63,745 nt of DNA, from assembly GCA_900088475.1 (NCBI GenBank), contig FLMG01001693.1, forward strand, positions 1 to 63,745, written 5' to 3'. Positions 42,826 through 55,201 of this stretch are shown here, piece after piece. Source of the DNA: Hyphochytrium catenoides. Taxonomy: Eukaryota > Protista > Hyphochytriomycota. The translations under genes were made by a program, and so were the position numbers. The notes beneath the pieces are model-generated. The model saw only the letters and a list, made by a program, of their open reading frames with translations. It ran no database searches and had not been told where the DNA came from. Positions within the stretch are counted from its first letter, which is position 1. Each line of letters opens with the position of its first letter.

Positions 42826-43399
42826 TTGCAGGCCTGCCACGCGAGCTATTAGTCTCCTCCAATGTCTTTCTCCCGTCACTAGACTTACCTTCGGTTTCCT
42901 CCATATCAAATCCAGGTGGGCCGCTATTGACGTCGGCCATGAGACGATAGAGTGGCGTAGGCTCTACCGGTCGGTTTAATAAGCAGTTCTGAAGGATCAC
43001 GGTAAAGCAGAGGCCACTGGCAAGCGCCCGTCACACAGGGTTAACCCGGACTAATCTACAGACGGCCACCTAGGTAGAGCTATAGTTCAATACAGTGCAA
43101 TAACGGCCAGACAATGCAGAATGGGCTGATAAGGGAACGGCATCGCCACGACTCTCCGTCAAACGCCCAGCTTCCCGAGCTCTAAAATTGCTCTCAACAT
43201 AATAAGAAGCTTCCGTCTGGCTTCTGAAGATCAACCAATCGCTTCCACGATAGAGCAACTTATTGACCCACATAGACGTTGGAGGGTAACCCATATTACC
43301 CAGATGTAAATGCAGTTATCGAGCAGTGATTACCTTTCCCTTTATTTATCCATCTGGTTCCTTCTGAATCTTTTATTCTCTCGTCGTCTGCTTGATGTT

Positions 43400-43560
43400 T
43401 TGCTCTCTCTCGCTCCCTCTCTCTCTCTCTCTCTCTCTCTGTGTCTCTCTCTCTGTGTCTCTCTCTCTCTGTGTCTCTCTCTCTGTCTCTTTCTCTCTCC
43501 GGTCTCTCTGTCTCCTCTCTCTCTGTCTCTCTCTCTCTCTCTCTCTTATCTCTGTCTCCC
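43400..43560. repeat. Compound (CT)n microsatellite with GT interruptions
   Basis: Directly visible. Confidence 0.95.
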
Positions 43561-44443
43561 CCCTCTTTCTTTGTTTTTGTTGTTCCTCTCTCCTCTCTCC
43601 TCTTCTCCTGTGTGTTCCGACTCACCCACATTGTCATGCGCTGTTTGTCTCATCAATCACTGATGGAAGCGTCAGAATCCAGCAGTCCTGACCAGCATGG
43701 ATTCTTCCTCTTCCTTTGTACAGAGACCAGCGCTGTCAGCGTCACCAGCGCCTATGATAAGAAGAGCTATTCCTCCCTCCTCTGCCCTGATGACTTCCTA
43801 CTGTTCTTCGCTCTCTCTGTCCTTCCCTCTCCCTAGCATTCCTCACAGCACTGCTGGGAAGACAGTCGGAAGTTCCTCCAGGTGCCACGATGTTCGGCTG
43901 TTCTCTCCGCGCATGGGGAGACAAGCACGATGGCTCCATCATGCACACCTCATGATGTTGCTCAAGCGGTAAGGCGGGGCCAGTCTAATGGAAGGAGAGG
44001 GAAACTTCAAGAAGTGTCATCCGTAAAAAAGTAATAGAGACTCTACTAGACTCACGAGCCTTGCTGGCGCACAGAGCGGCCGCTTTCTTTGGCATCATAG
44101 TGCTAACAAGTTCCTTTCAAAGAAAGAGAAACGCCAGAGGGTAGTATAATAGAGACAGAAACCTCCACCTGCTTCTTGCTTGCCCGTCTCGTCCTCTCTC
44201 TCTTCTCACTGTCCCTTCACGGCGCGCTCTTTCTTGACCCTTGTCTTCCATCCCTCAAACTGAGCTAGCTCTTTGGCGTGTCCTCTTTGGGCCTGACCCG
44301 GCCTTTGCCCTGCCCTTCGAGTCAATTTATTTATCGTTTACTATCATTTCTACCGTCATATTGCCTAGTCGTCTTAGCTTCTCTCTGGGTATTGAGCTGA
44401 TGGCTAAAGCCCCACCTTAGCCAGCGCTAGAGCCTGTAAATAG

Positions 44444-47400
44444 ATGACGGTAAAGGAACAAATTGAGAGCCAGCATGGCCTCTCGGCGGAGCTTCTTCCT
44501 GACAATGAGCAGCTTGAGACATCTCTACCAACGCCTGGACACGACGTGGTCGTGGATCTGAGGGAAAGAGCAAAGTTGCATTCTAAGGAGTCCTCCACAG
44601 TGTTTGATAGAGGTGAGAGCTCCAAGCCATGGGGATGTCGACATAATTGTGGGCTTTGCTGTTCCTTCTTCTCCATTTCTCTCTCTTCCCTCTCCTCACT
44701 CTCTATGTCTTTCCCTCTGCTTCTCTCTCCATCTTTCATATCTCTCTCTCTCTCTGATGCTCTGTAAGCACGACCTCGGATTTAAGAATTACAGCGTTGA
44801 TAATGCGTGAGATGCCTTATGGCGGCACGTCAAAGGTTCATTCTCTTACTCGCTATCGCTGCATGTTTATCTTGGTCTGTTTCCCTTGACGATCTGCCTT
44901 TTCCTTCGTTGTGGCGGCCTCGCCTTAGTGTTCCGAAGCCAAGACACAGGAGATCTCGCTGAACAGGATGAAGCGTGGCAGGAGCGCAGCTCGACAGAAG
45001 AACATGAGAAGCAAGACCCAAGAGCATTAAAGAATGCTTGCAGTCGTTATGTCTCAACAGTCCGTACTTTTTTCTCTCTTCCGTTCTCGTCTGTCTGCCG
45101 GCCTCGTGACCGTCGCTACGCCTTGCGTATGAGCGCAGGCATCATCCTCGCCTGTCCTCTCAGCATCACGGAGTATGCTGTGGACATGTGGGGCTATGCG
45201 GGTAAGGATCATGCACGATTTCTTGCATCTGTTGGCCTCTTTCTGCCTCTTGTTTTGCCCTTTTAGTCAGTACCTCGCCCTTTGCATAGCCAATCTCGCG
45301 CTAACACTTCCGTATCTTCGTCTCGCCCTTAACCTCTCTTCTGGCTAATCTGAATTCCTTCAACTCCTTGTGTTATATTCTTGTACCGGGGTCTATGGGG
45401 TCAACTTCTGAGCAATGAGACTAGCATATCGCTAATCTGCTTCTCCCACCAACACCAGCAACGTGGACAGCGATAACGGTTGTGCTACTTCTACAGCGAA
45501 CACTAGGAGGTGTGCTACTTCTTCACTTTGCTCTTCGACTACTTTATCCTGGAAATGCCAACGCTTGCCCCGCCACGCTCTCATCTCTTCTATCTCTTCG
45601 CTTGGGCGTTGTTCGGACTGTAGCTACCCCATATCTCTCCTCTAATTAACCTTAGCTATTTCTTGCTTCCTTAAAAAATCAGGCGTTCTCTCACTGTAGA
45701 GGTCACTCTCTTTAACGGTCTCCACCCTTTCTTCCCCTTTTCCCCAATACACGCACGCTTCTTTTCTCCTCCCCTCCCCTTCCCCATTCACTTCTTCCCC
45801 ACTTCTCTCTCTCTCTCTCTTTCTCGCCGCACCCAATCCCTACACAGCAACCATTCACAAGTCCATCAATCGTTTCGTCGGTACAGTTGGCGCTGCTGGG
45901 TTGAGCGCCGTGCTTGTCGTCATCGCGCTAGAGATTCCGCATACTCTCTCCCAAAGCATCTTGGTCGTTTTGGCTTGCACGCTCGTGTCAGGCCTCTCTT
46001 CCTACTATTTCTTCCATGAGACCTTCGGCAAGGCTTGGAAGTACGCATTCTTGCTAGGGAGCTTTAGCTTTGCATTTCTCTCCGTTCAGGCCGTCCAGCA
46101 AGAGAGCACTCGCGCTGTACCACTTCGAATTGCCTTCGTCGTTCTCGGTAGTGTGTTGACCTTCTTCGTTTCCAATGTTCGGCCGGACTATGCCATCGAT
46201 GATCTTCATCAGCTGGTATCAGCACAGCTGGTAGGTGTAGGCTTGTCTCCATATCTCGCTTTCTCTTTATCCTCTTCTTGCACTATAACTGTCGCCTTTG
46301 TGGGTGTATAGGCTCCCTATTGGCTAACTGTCCTGACAGCAAGTCGTCATTCTGCTTGGCAATTTAGGTTGAGGCAGCAGAGGCTGTGGAGGATTACTTG
46401 GGCAGATTCTATTCAGGAGAGATCCCTGATGACCTGCATGTTCTATACAGTCAGTACTACAAGCTTGGAGGAGAGCAAGAGAGGGGGCATCAAGAGAGAC
46501 TGCAGACGCAGGGGGTAGAGAGGATGCGAGTTGCATTTGCGACAAAAGCACACGTTGCAGAGTTGCTTATTCAGGCTAGATGGGAGTACTGGCGCTATTG
46601 TACTAGCTGGCGTCTCACCAAGAGGAAGGTAAGGAGACTGCGTGTGAACTATACGACCATTGGGGAGGATGGGCTTCATCTCAGGAAAATGACAGGCAAG
46701 GGAGGTCTCTGACTGGGAAGACGAACTCTTGGTCTTGGAAAGGTCCGAAGGAGTACGAGTGAGGGGAGAAATGAGGGCAATCAAGAAGAACAGAGACTGA
46801 ATGCTCAACACTAAGTTGCTTTGCTGCAGCTGCAAAAGGAGCTCCTCTCCCGAAGAGTGAATGCCCTACCACTGGTGTCCCTCGCATTACGGTATGCTTG
46901 CTTTTGTTCATGCTTCTTATCTGGTGTTATTGGCATTGCCAACACGAACTCTAGATCTGGCTGTGCTTGCTCTTGCTTTTCTTAGTGTTCAACGCTGGTG
47001 TCAACCCCTCAACTGATTATAGGCGGACATTCCTCATTTATACTCTGTCGAGTTACGAGTGGCTCTTGTTAGTGCTTCTTCTTGGCACTGAGACTCCCTT
47101 GGTCTAGACGACTACCCCTCCACAATCTTCTGATATCTGTTGTCCTCCCTCTGTTACTTACCGGCTTTGATATCCCGCTCTGCAGGCGTCTTTTCTTTGC
47201 TGTACTGGATTTGGACTCAACTCTCCGTTCTGCCCGTCACACTCCTGAGATGGAGCTGCGGAATGTCTTCAGGGCTGAGTTGCAGGAGCTCGTGGAGGCC
47301 TTTGCCGGTTGCTTGCGTCGTATAGCAGAGATTGTTAGAAGGCGGGACTACCTCATCGACGAGACGTACATCAAGGTGGAAAATACGCTACCTCATCTTT

Positions 47401-50400
47401 CATCCAATCTCTATCTTGCCGCATGGCTTCGCCCGCAAAGCTCCGTTCATATTTTTCCACGACTTCCATTGACAGAGAGCACCCCTTACTTGCCCACCTG
47501 CCCCCGTTGTGAATACTTTTGTCATTGAAGGCGCAATGCCTCTCTCTCAGACCTACCAGATGATGTTCTCATCTACCTCTTGCCGCTCTTCACTTAGTCC
47601 GCTAAAGATGACCCTACCATGGTTGATTTAGTGACGAGTCTTCGATCGGCAGAAGAGAGACTGCGAAGCAAATTGGTGAGGGAGATGTCTCCTGAGAAAG
47701 GCTCCCTTGGTTCCCGTACCATACCACGAAAAAACTCTTGCCCGCCTTCTCCTTACAAGCGGTCAATGTCCTCGCTCTCCAGCCTGCGATGTAGACAAGG
47801 ATCCTTTGACGTTGATGATGACGCACAAATGGCGGCATTAACGGTGCAAAGGTTCATCCTTCCTCATTTAACCACTTCCTATCTTTTGAGAAACATTCTG
47901 AGCGTCCTCGATATCTCTATATCAACCCCTGGATTCTCTTCATCTGATCGCAAGGATGGATCATTAAGAGAAGATGAAGATAGAGAGGAGGAAGCAGATC
48001 CAGCAGACAACAATCAGGTCGATGAGTCAGTCTTAACAGTCACAGGCCATGGGGATGCAATTAGGGCTCTGGCCGGTCTCTCCCCTGCTGCTGAGGAAGA
48101 AGAGGCTGACATAGAGTTGGGTCCGCGGAAGGGCCGTCAGAGAATCGTGTGTGCCAAACGGTATTATGACAAGAAACGGAGGGACTTGCGTGTTCTCATT
48201 GGCGCCTGTAAGGCGTCTCTTTCTCTCTCCATCGCAGCTGCGTTATCGATGGATAGTGATATTAACAGCACCTTCATGGGTTCGGTGCCTTGGGCTATCG
48301 TGCCTGCTCAGCTGTCTTTGGCGCTTATGGTTGGAGGTAGGACGGTGCCTTCTTTCCTATGTGTGCTCCCTCTTTTTCCATCTCTTTCTCTCCCCTGGCT
48401 CAGTCCCTGGCTTTGAGCGTCACCGTAATTGGTCGCTCTCGTGGGCCATAATGTCTACTCCCTCCGCTACTCTTCATTCTTGCTACCTTTCTATTAGTGC
48501 TCAATATCGTGGCTCACAGTTACTTGTACTGTCTTTTCCTTTGTATCTGATACAATCTCTTCTGCCCCACATCACCTCACCTTGACACAGAGACGGCATT
48601 GAAGTCTTTGAACTGGGGTTTAGGGACACTGATCGCTGCACTTGGGGCTGCATTGTTTGGCTATGTAACAAGCCTGAGTGGGCCATGGGCGATGCCGTTC
48701 TTGCTAGGGGCAGCTAATGGCCTCTTTATGCTATTCTTTGCCTCAGCTTTTGCAGTGAAGGGCTTCCTAGACGGTTGGAAGCAAAGTTTGACGATTGCCA
48801 TGTTCCTGTTCGCCTTTCTGAGCTTCCAGTTCTATGTAGATGTCATATCCTGTAAGTGCGAGCTAGGAGACTACTTTCTCTATGGTCCCTTGGTCCGTGG
48901 GCTCTCATCTACCCAATCTGCACACTCCTCTCCCGGCCAGCAGCTGCCTCTTTACGCTCTGCCGTTTGAAGAGCATACAACACCCTTTGATCTGCTCTTC
49001 TTTTTTTAGTTTCTCCCAGCGATTCTAGTTCACACAAATTCCACGACCTCTTACATTTTCTCCTCTTCCCTCGCCATGCCCTCACAGTAAACCGGCAAGC
49101 AGCGGCGAAGGGTTTGGCTTATCGCACAATGTGGACATTTATTGGTTTTCTCCAAAGCCTGGCGATTAACAGGCTCATCCTTCCCTACTATGCCTACAAC
49201 GAGGTGCATCACTCTGTATCTCTACATTCGGTATGTAGGCTGTGCTATATAGCTGACCTTAGTACTGCAAGGTGGAGCTTGCACTCCATCCTCTTGCCCA
49301 TTCTATTCTTGTCTGGCCCTATTCGCCACATTGACTCCGTAGATGCTAATATAGTCCCGGCTCATCCCAGCGAGCCCTAGGTCCTGCCCTTTCAAACGCT
49401 CTGTGTGCGTATATGGAGGGGACCATCAAGGATCCGGTAGACTCTGTATGGAAAAGGCGCTTTTACGGTACCGGGCCAGATGACCCCGTCCTCAAGGTGT
49501 TTCGAGGGATCTTTGAAGGCTTGATGGCTCTTAAGGGCACTATTAGAGCCGCAAACTTCGAGCCAAAGGTTGTATGTAGCAGGAAAAGGAGACAGAAGGT
49601 GAGCTTTTAGGAAAACTCTGTAAGAGAGAGTGAGGACAAACGGCACTTGTGGCTGCCAATAGTTGGAGCACTTGAGAAAATTTTAACGGCGGGATTAGCT
49701 AGCCCTAGGAGAAAGAAGGAAAGGAAAGAGAGAGAGAGAGAGAGAGTGAGAACGAAAGAAAGAGAGAGAGAGAGAGAGAGAGAAGAGAAGAGAAGCAAGG
49801 AGTAGACGAGAGCCGTCCTTATTATAAGAGCGCGGCCATAGTTGGGGACAATGAAATGGTTGAAGAAAAAGGATGGTTGTCTGGGAGATGTCAAAGAAGT
49901 TTAGACCCCAAGTGATGAGCGTTACATGCAGCTTGCAGTTATGCAGAACTTCGCGCTGGTCCTACTACGCTTCACGGGTCTGAGCGTTCTCATGGAAGAT
50001 GCCGTCCATAGCAGGCTACAGCCCTCCATTGAGCACAGGTAAGAGGGAGGACATGGGCGAGACTTCGCTAACTGCTGTTGTACGAGAACGCATTGAAGGA
50101 GAGAGGGACCATCACAGAGAGCAATACCGAGCTCGGCACCAAAAGTTCAAAATGAAGGTCTTGTCCCCCTTTCTCCTCCACAAACCGTGGATACCCAGAG
50201 CAAACAGGCCACTGGCTCCTCTTCTCACCCTTCACTGTGTCTATCTGTGCGCAGGAAGGAGTTTCAAGGATCTGTCTTCGGCCTAGCAGCAGCCCTCGCA
50301 CGCGGTCTGGATGCCGTAGCTTATTGTGTCTCACGCTCAGGACAGGAAGCAGAACTGAATCTCTCAGTGGTCAATGAATTGCAGGAGATGCAGGACCAGC

Positions 50401-50767
50401 TGGACGTTGCAGTCGGCAGGCTACAGAGTCAGCTCTGGCGGCACCTTTCACCTGGTATTTACTGATAATCTGTGACGAGGACCAATTATATCTAATAGGT
50501 TTAGCTGTGGGTTCCTTCCTAGCCTCTCTTTTCCTTCAGCGAGGGGCCTCTTCCTCCCCAGCTTGTCTCTTACTAAGATCTTTTGTAGGTGGACTCTTCT
50601 GTGTGGCTGGAGGACATCCTTTGCAGTCTCCCACTGGTGAGATCGACTTCAGCACAGAACAGCTGGCGGGCCTTCTCTCTCTTGAGAACTATCTGCATCG
50701 CCTTGTGAAGTTGGCTTGGATTCTGCACGTGGCACTAGACATGGCCAAAGACTTAGCTGAGATATAA
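44444..50767 (+). CDS. ALMT / aromatic-acid-exporter (FUSC-like) membrane protein with two transmembrane modules
   Basis: Module 1: RYALRMSAGI...WTAITVVLLLQRTLGATIHKSINRFVGT...WKYAFLLGSFSF...RIAFVVLG...RPDYAIDDLH. Module 2: KASLSLSIA...PWAIV...GETALKSLNWGLGT...YRTMWTFIG...LPYYAYNE. Each module is followed by a helical soluble region. Some internal junctions are uncertain. Confidence 0.8.
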
Positions 50768-52134
50768 AGAAGAGGGAGCAGACTAACTGTGATCACGAAG
50801 TTATGGCTTGGAAGGACATCCTCTCTCTCTCTCTCTCTTGGTGCTCAATATCCTCACAAGGCATAGACAGTGGACCCAGTGGACCTGTCTCATGTCGTGG
50901 GTGTCGCCGGGAAGTCTACCTACTGAACATTACTAGCACTTTATTTATATCAAATCATAGGCTGATGTGCACTTCATCCCTTAGTAATCTCGTCGAGCTC
51001 TTTGTGCCTCTTGTCAAGGCGCTATAAGAAGGGCAAACTCCAACAGGGTGAGGAGACCTGAGAGAGATTCAGAAGGAAAGGAAGAGAGCACAGTCAACAC
51101 AGAGAGCCGTCAGATCAGAGAAGAGAGAAGACTGGCCCTCCACATGGCTGCTGCCTAGTATAATCTATGGTGATGGTTCTTCAACGATCTCCCCGTTGTC
51201 CATTGAAGATAGAGACCACTGCGGATGGATGGCATCGCCACTCGGAGTCTCTGCATCGCCGTGACCCGGGGCCGAAGAGAAGCAGAGACCTTGACTCTCA
51301 TCTCTCATCATCTCGTCTCATCATTTTGTGTGGCCTTTCGGTTTTTGACAGTGTTAAACTTTGACAGTATAAATGTATGGCATCTGAACCGAAGAGGTGA
51401 TGTACACCATGAGTTATTATCAGGAACCCAATCGTAATGTATATGGAATACAGAGCTTGACTAGGATGTCACGACGTCCTACCCGCCAAGGTGGGTGGGG
51501 ATATATTGACTTGAGATAAAACCTTAGAGAAGGATGTGCGCCATCAGCGTGTACATAGCAACTTTCAGACTAATTAGCTCGGGGATACAAAGCAGTAACG
51601 ACCTTACATCGGGATTAAAAGTACCACCCACTCTAGAGCCACTCACCCCCCGTATGACAGAGCACAGTCTCTGCTAATCATTATCTCACACACCGGGGAC
51701 AAACTTCCACACCACCCATGGAACCGACGATGGGTACTCTTTGTTTGGGGAGCATTGAGGGAAGTCCAGCTGTTCACCTAATTTTGAGATCCGTTGCACA
51801 CGTTCGCACAAAACCACAGCCAAAGAGTTCGAACCTGCACCTGCCCAAAGCCTACACCAACGGTCGCCGATCAGAACTACATTTATTCAGAATAGACCTA
51901 GCTAAGAGGCAGAGGTCTTGGATGAATTGGATAGCTCATTCTAGATCAGCATGGTTCAGCTATCATGGCTGAACCAGCTTTCGCTGGCTGTCAGATTTTG
52001 CGGCAAAGGGACTGGCGCGGAGGCGCAGACCGTCTGTCTGCACACAATAACTTTTTCCCTTTCAACACCTCCAGATCATCTGAAGTCTTGTCATTGGGCT
52101 CTCTAGTCCCAGCACATAATCTATACATAGCACA

Positions 52135-52538
52135 ATGGGTGACGCAGAGAAGGGCGCAAAGATCTTCAAGACCAAGTGTGCACAGTGCCACACTACCAAC
52201 AAGGTAAGACGAGGCATAAGTGTGCAGGATCGATTGATAGGAATCAAGGGATGTCTGACAAGGCAAATTGTACATTGTAGGGCGGTGCTCACAAGCAGGG
52301 TCCCAATCTCAATGGCCTCTTCGGCCGCCAGTCAGGTATGGCTGAGGGCTACGCCTACTCCGCTGCTAACAAGAATTCCGGTATCATCTGGACTGAAGAC
52401 ACTCTCTTCGAGTACCTTCTTGCACCCAAGAAGTACATCAAGGGCACCAAGATGGTCTTTGCTGGCCTGAAGAAGGCTGATGATAGAAAGGACCTGATTG
52501 CTTACCTAAAGCAATCATGTGATCCTAACAGCGCCTAG
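52135..52538 (+). CDS. CYCS: Mitochondrial cytochrome c; intron 52204-52280
   Basis: [23 protein letters not shown]|[16 protein letters not shown]...[17 protein letters not shown], with the CxxCH heme-binding motif and the axial Met. Confidence 0.99.
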
Positions 52539-52763
52539 ACATTGTGATATACTAATAGTTGCGGTTTTTCTCTATGTCTCGTTCCTGTCTCGAAAACTCT
52601 AGCTTGGACGAAACAGAAAAGAACCTCCTAGCCATAATTTAAGACTTACACCCCCGAGAGTGTTATCATTCAACTCCTCCGTTGTGTATGAGAAGAGAGT
52701 CTTGGTATCACGGAGCAAACCAAAACTTATAGACCTCTTTCCTTTCAAGCCTCTTGAAAGTGG

Positions 52764-54090
52764 TCATGCTATCCGCCGTCGAGCTGGCACCTTGGATCTT
52801 GTCCCACAGGTGGAGCAAACGGGACGGAACTCGCAGAAGACGGAAAGGCATATCTAATGAGCAAGTATGAGTGGTGCTACTGTTAGATTCACCGAAAAAA
52901 ATAAAGATAGAACTTTACCGGACAAACATAAGCAACCTCTATGAGCCTCTTATGACAGAAGCAAGCTGGTTTGAAGTCAATCTGCTGTTGCTGAGGGAGC
53001 TTCATCAAGCTGTTGTTTGGAGATTGAATATCAGCACTTCCATAAAAGTAGCGCCATCTCATCCTTACCTCCGCGTCTTCTGGTCAGGGAGGAATATCGA
53101 GAAGAGATACTGCGACAGGGCGCTTTGGTCTTCCGGTCGGTAGTAAACACCCCCTGTCGAGACAGTGTCAGAGATCTGAGAAACGCACAAATCCGGGAGC
53201 TGCTCGGCCTCACCTGTTAGGTAGCTTGCCTGCTGCAAAAAGGACGAGTCTGTAGTGGACAGAACGCAGCTATCGATCGGCACTGCCAGCTTTTGGGCTG
53301 AGAAGATGCAATTCATGACGGAAATGTAGTGGGATGGACCATCTGGAGAGAGTTGCACGACCAGAATCCTTGAGAGCATCTCGTCATGGCTTTGTGTCTT
53401 GGCTTTGTTGATATCTAAAAGTAAATATGCGCATTTCTTAACGTATCCTAGGAAAAGACGAAAAGCCTCCTTGTAAGGACTTACAGCAAAGAGCGAGGGA
53501 TAGAGCGCTAGATACGGCTGTGATGTCCTTAGGTTCTGCGTCTCCAACATTTCCTGTAGCCCCAGAGATAGATTAGGTACATTATAGGAATAACACTTAA
53601 CTTGATAAAATCTTACTTACCATTGCCATTCGTCTCTGAAGCTTTAAGAAAGGCTTCAATGCCGTCCGTTATCCGTTGGCTAGCACTAACAGTGCTCGAA
53701 GGACGATCGTGCTCTGGTTCCGAGGTTGGAGGGGCTGGGAAAATGTAACGACTACCACAATGGTCAGAGAGAAGCTGCAAGCTTTCGAAGGCAACAATCT
53801 TTACGTTACCTTTCTCCGCCTCCTGCGGCAATGAAGGTGAAGTGATTATTTCTATGAAGAAGCAAGAATGTGTTTATAAAGAGCAAGACCGCCTCAATAG
53901 CCTGGTTTGATGATTGATAGAGACAGAGTGAGCTCGAGTCGCCAAATGTCTCATGATGATGACTTACGTCTTTGAAAGCGACTAATTTCGAAGCCTTTTC
54001 TATGGTAGTCTGCCGTTCTTGGAACCTTTCGGTCCACGGCTTGATGCCTACATCAAAGATGACTGCCAACAAGCTTGCGGTATCTGACAT
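52764..54090 (-). CDS. GTF2H3: TFIIH subunit p34 / Tfb4
   Basis: SLLAVIFD, SSALSLALCYINK, YISVMNCIFSAQK...IDSC, FLQQASYLTGGVY and the C-terminal zinc finger [23 protein letters not shown]...CSTC. TGA is at 52764-52766. Confidence 0.96.
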
Positions 54091-54826
54091 ACCGTCCACC
54101 ACCACTTGTTGAGTTGCTGGCAAAAAGCTAAGTGATATTGTTGGTAGCACCTGCCTCTGATATATGGCAAGCAGGCCCTCTGATATACTGATGCTTGATA
54201 GTAGTAAGGGCCTCCTATCTGCTCTGATGCCGGGGTTTGTCCGTTTGGTCTCATGAGAAGCCATACGCAGCGGTGGAACTTTGATCTCCCCATCAAGTGA
54301 GCGTTCTCATCATCATCATGAAAGCTGCCAGAGAGCATCTGTCAAAAATGGATCATGCTCCAGAGAGCCAAGGCCGTTAGCGGTAAGTCCATGGCGTTGG
54401 CGATAATATGTATCCTTATTGAGAATAAAGCTGAAGGTGGGGGAACTTCTGCCGCCTTCCTTGTTGTCAGTCTTCCCAATAATGGGCTGAGAGAGCCCAG
54501 AGCCCACACCACTTTTCCCCTATCCTTCAGAATCAGCATAGCGCAGGATTCAAAATTTTCCTTCTGTGCATGTTGACGAAATTTAACGCCGAAAATAGCT
54601 CAAAACTCGGTTCCCTCCAATTCTCACTTTCGATGTCTCCATCCATTATTACTTCCTGCAATCACCGTTATTAGATAGGATTAGCTATGAATTTGGAGTA
54701 CTTTATTACTACAGTTTAAAAAGAAGTAACAGAGATTTTGGAGTTTGGAAAGGACTTTTTTCTATATTATTTTGGTTTTGTAGATGAAGCTTCGGAGCTC
54801 CAGAAATTGACGATGTGACGGAAAAA

Positions 54827-54870
54827 CTTCAGAGCTTCGTCGATTGAGCTTCAGAGCTTCGTCGATTGAG
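54827..54870. repeat. Perfect 22-bp tandem duplication CTTCAGAGCTTCGTCGATTGAG x2
   Basis: Directly visible in the divergent intergenic region between Tfb4 and the HAT-repeat gene. Confidence 0.95.
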
Positions 54871-55201
54871 CCTCATCGCCTCACCAGTTGGCTTCTTGGT
54901 CCCAACAGAAGTGAAGCTTATCCCCTACGGTGGGGTGATCACATTCTTTTAATCGATAAAACTATGAAGCACAACCTCGACGACACAGTGTAACAGGAGT
55001 AGTTGAAGCTATTGCTACAGTGGTGATGGAATAACCTTGGAGCTAAAGAAGGGTCCAACTTAGCACTTCTATCTTCATACCTGGCAGTATGAGGAACGTT
55101 CAGGGCCACTGGAATATGTTCAGTAGGTAGTCTAACCCAAGCAGTCGGCTATGCTTGCTCTTGTTAATGTACCTCAGGGAGCTGCCTCTGTCAGTAACAT
55201 T

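Noticed and set aside
43025-43036. CGCCCGTCACAC matches the conserved SSU rRNA 1400 region
   Set aside because: Only 12 nt match and the flanks have no rRNA similarity, so this is a chance match.
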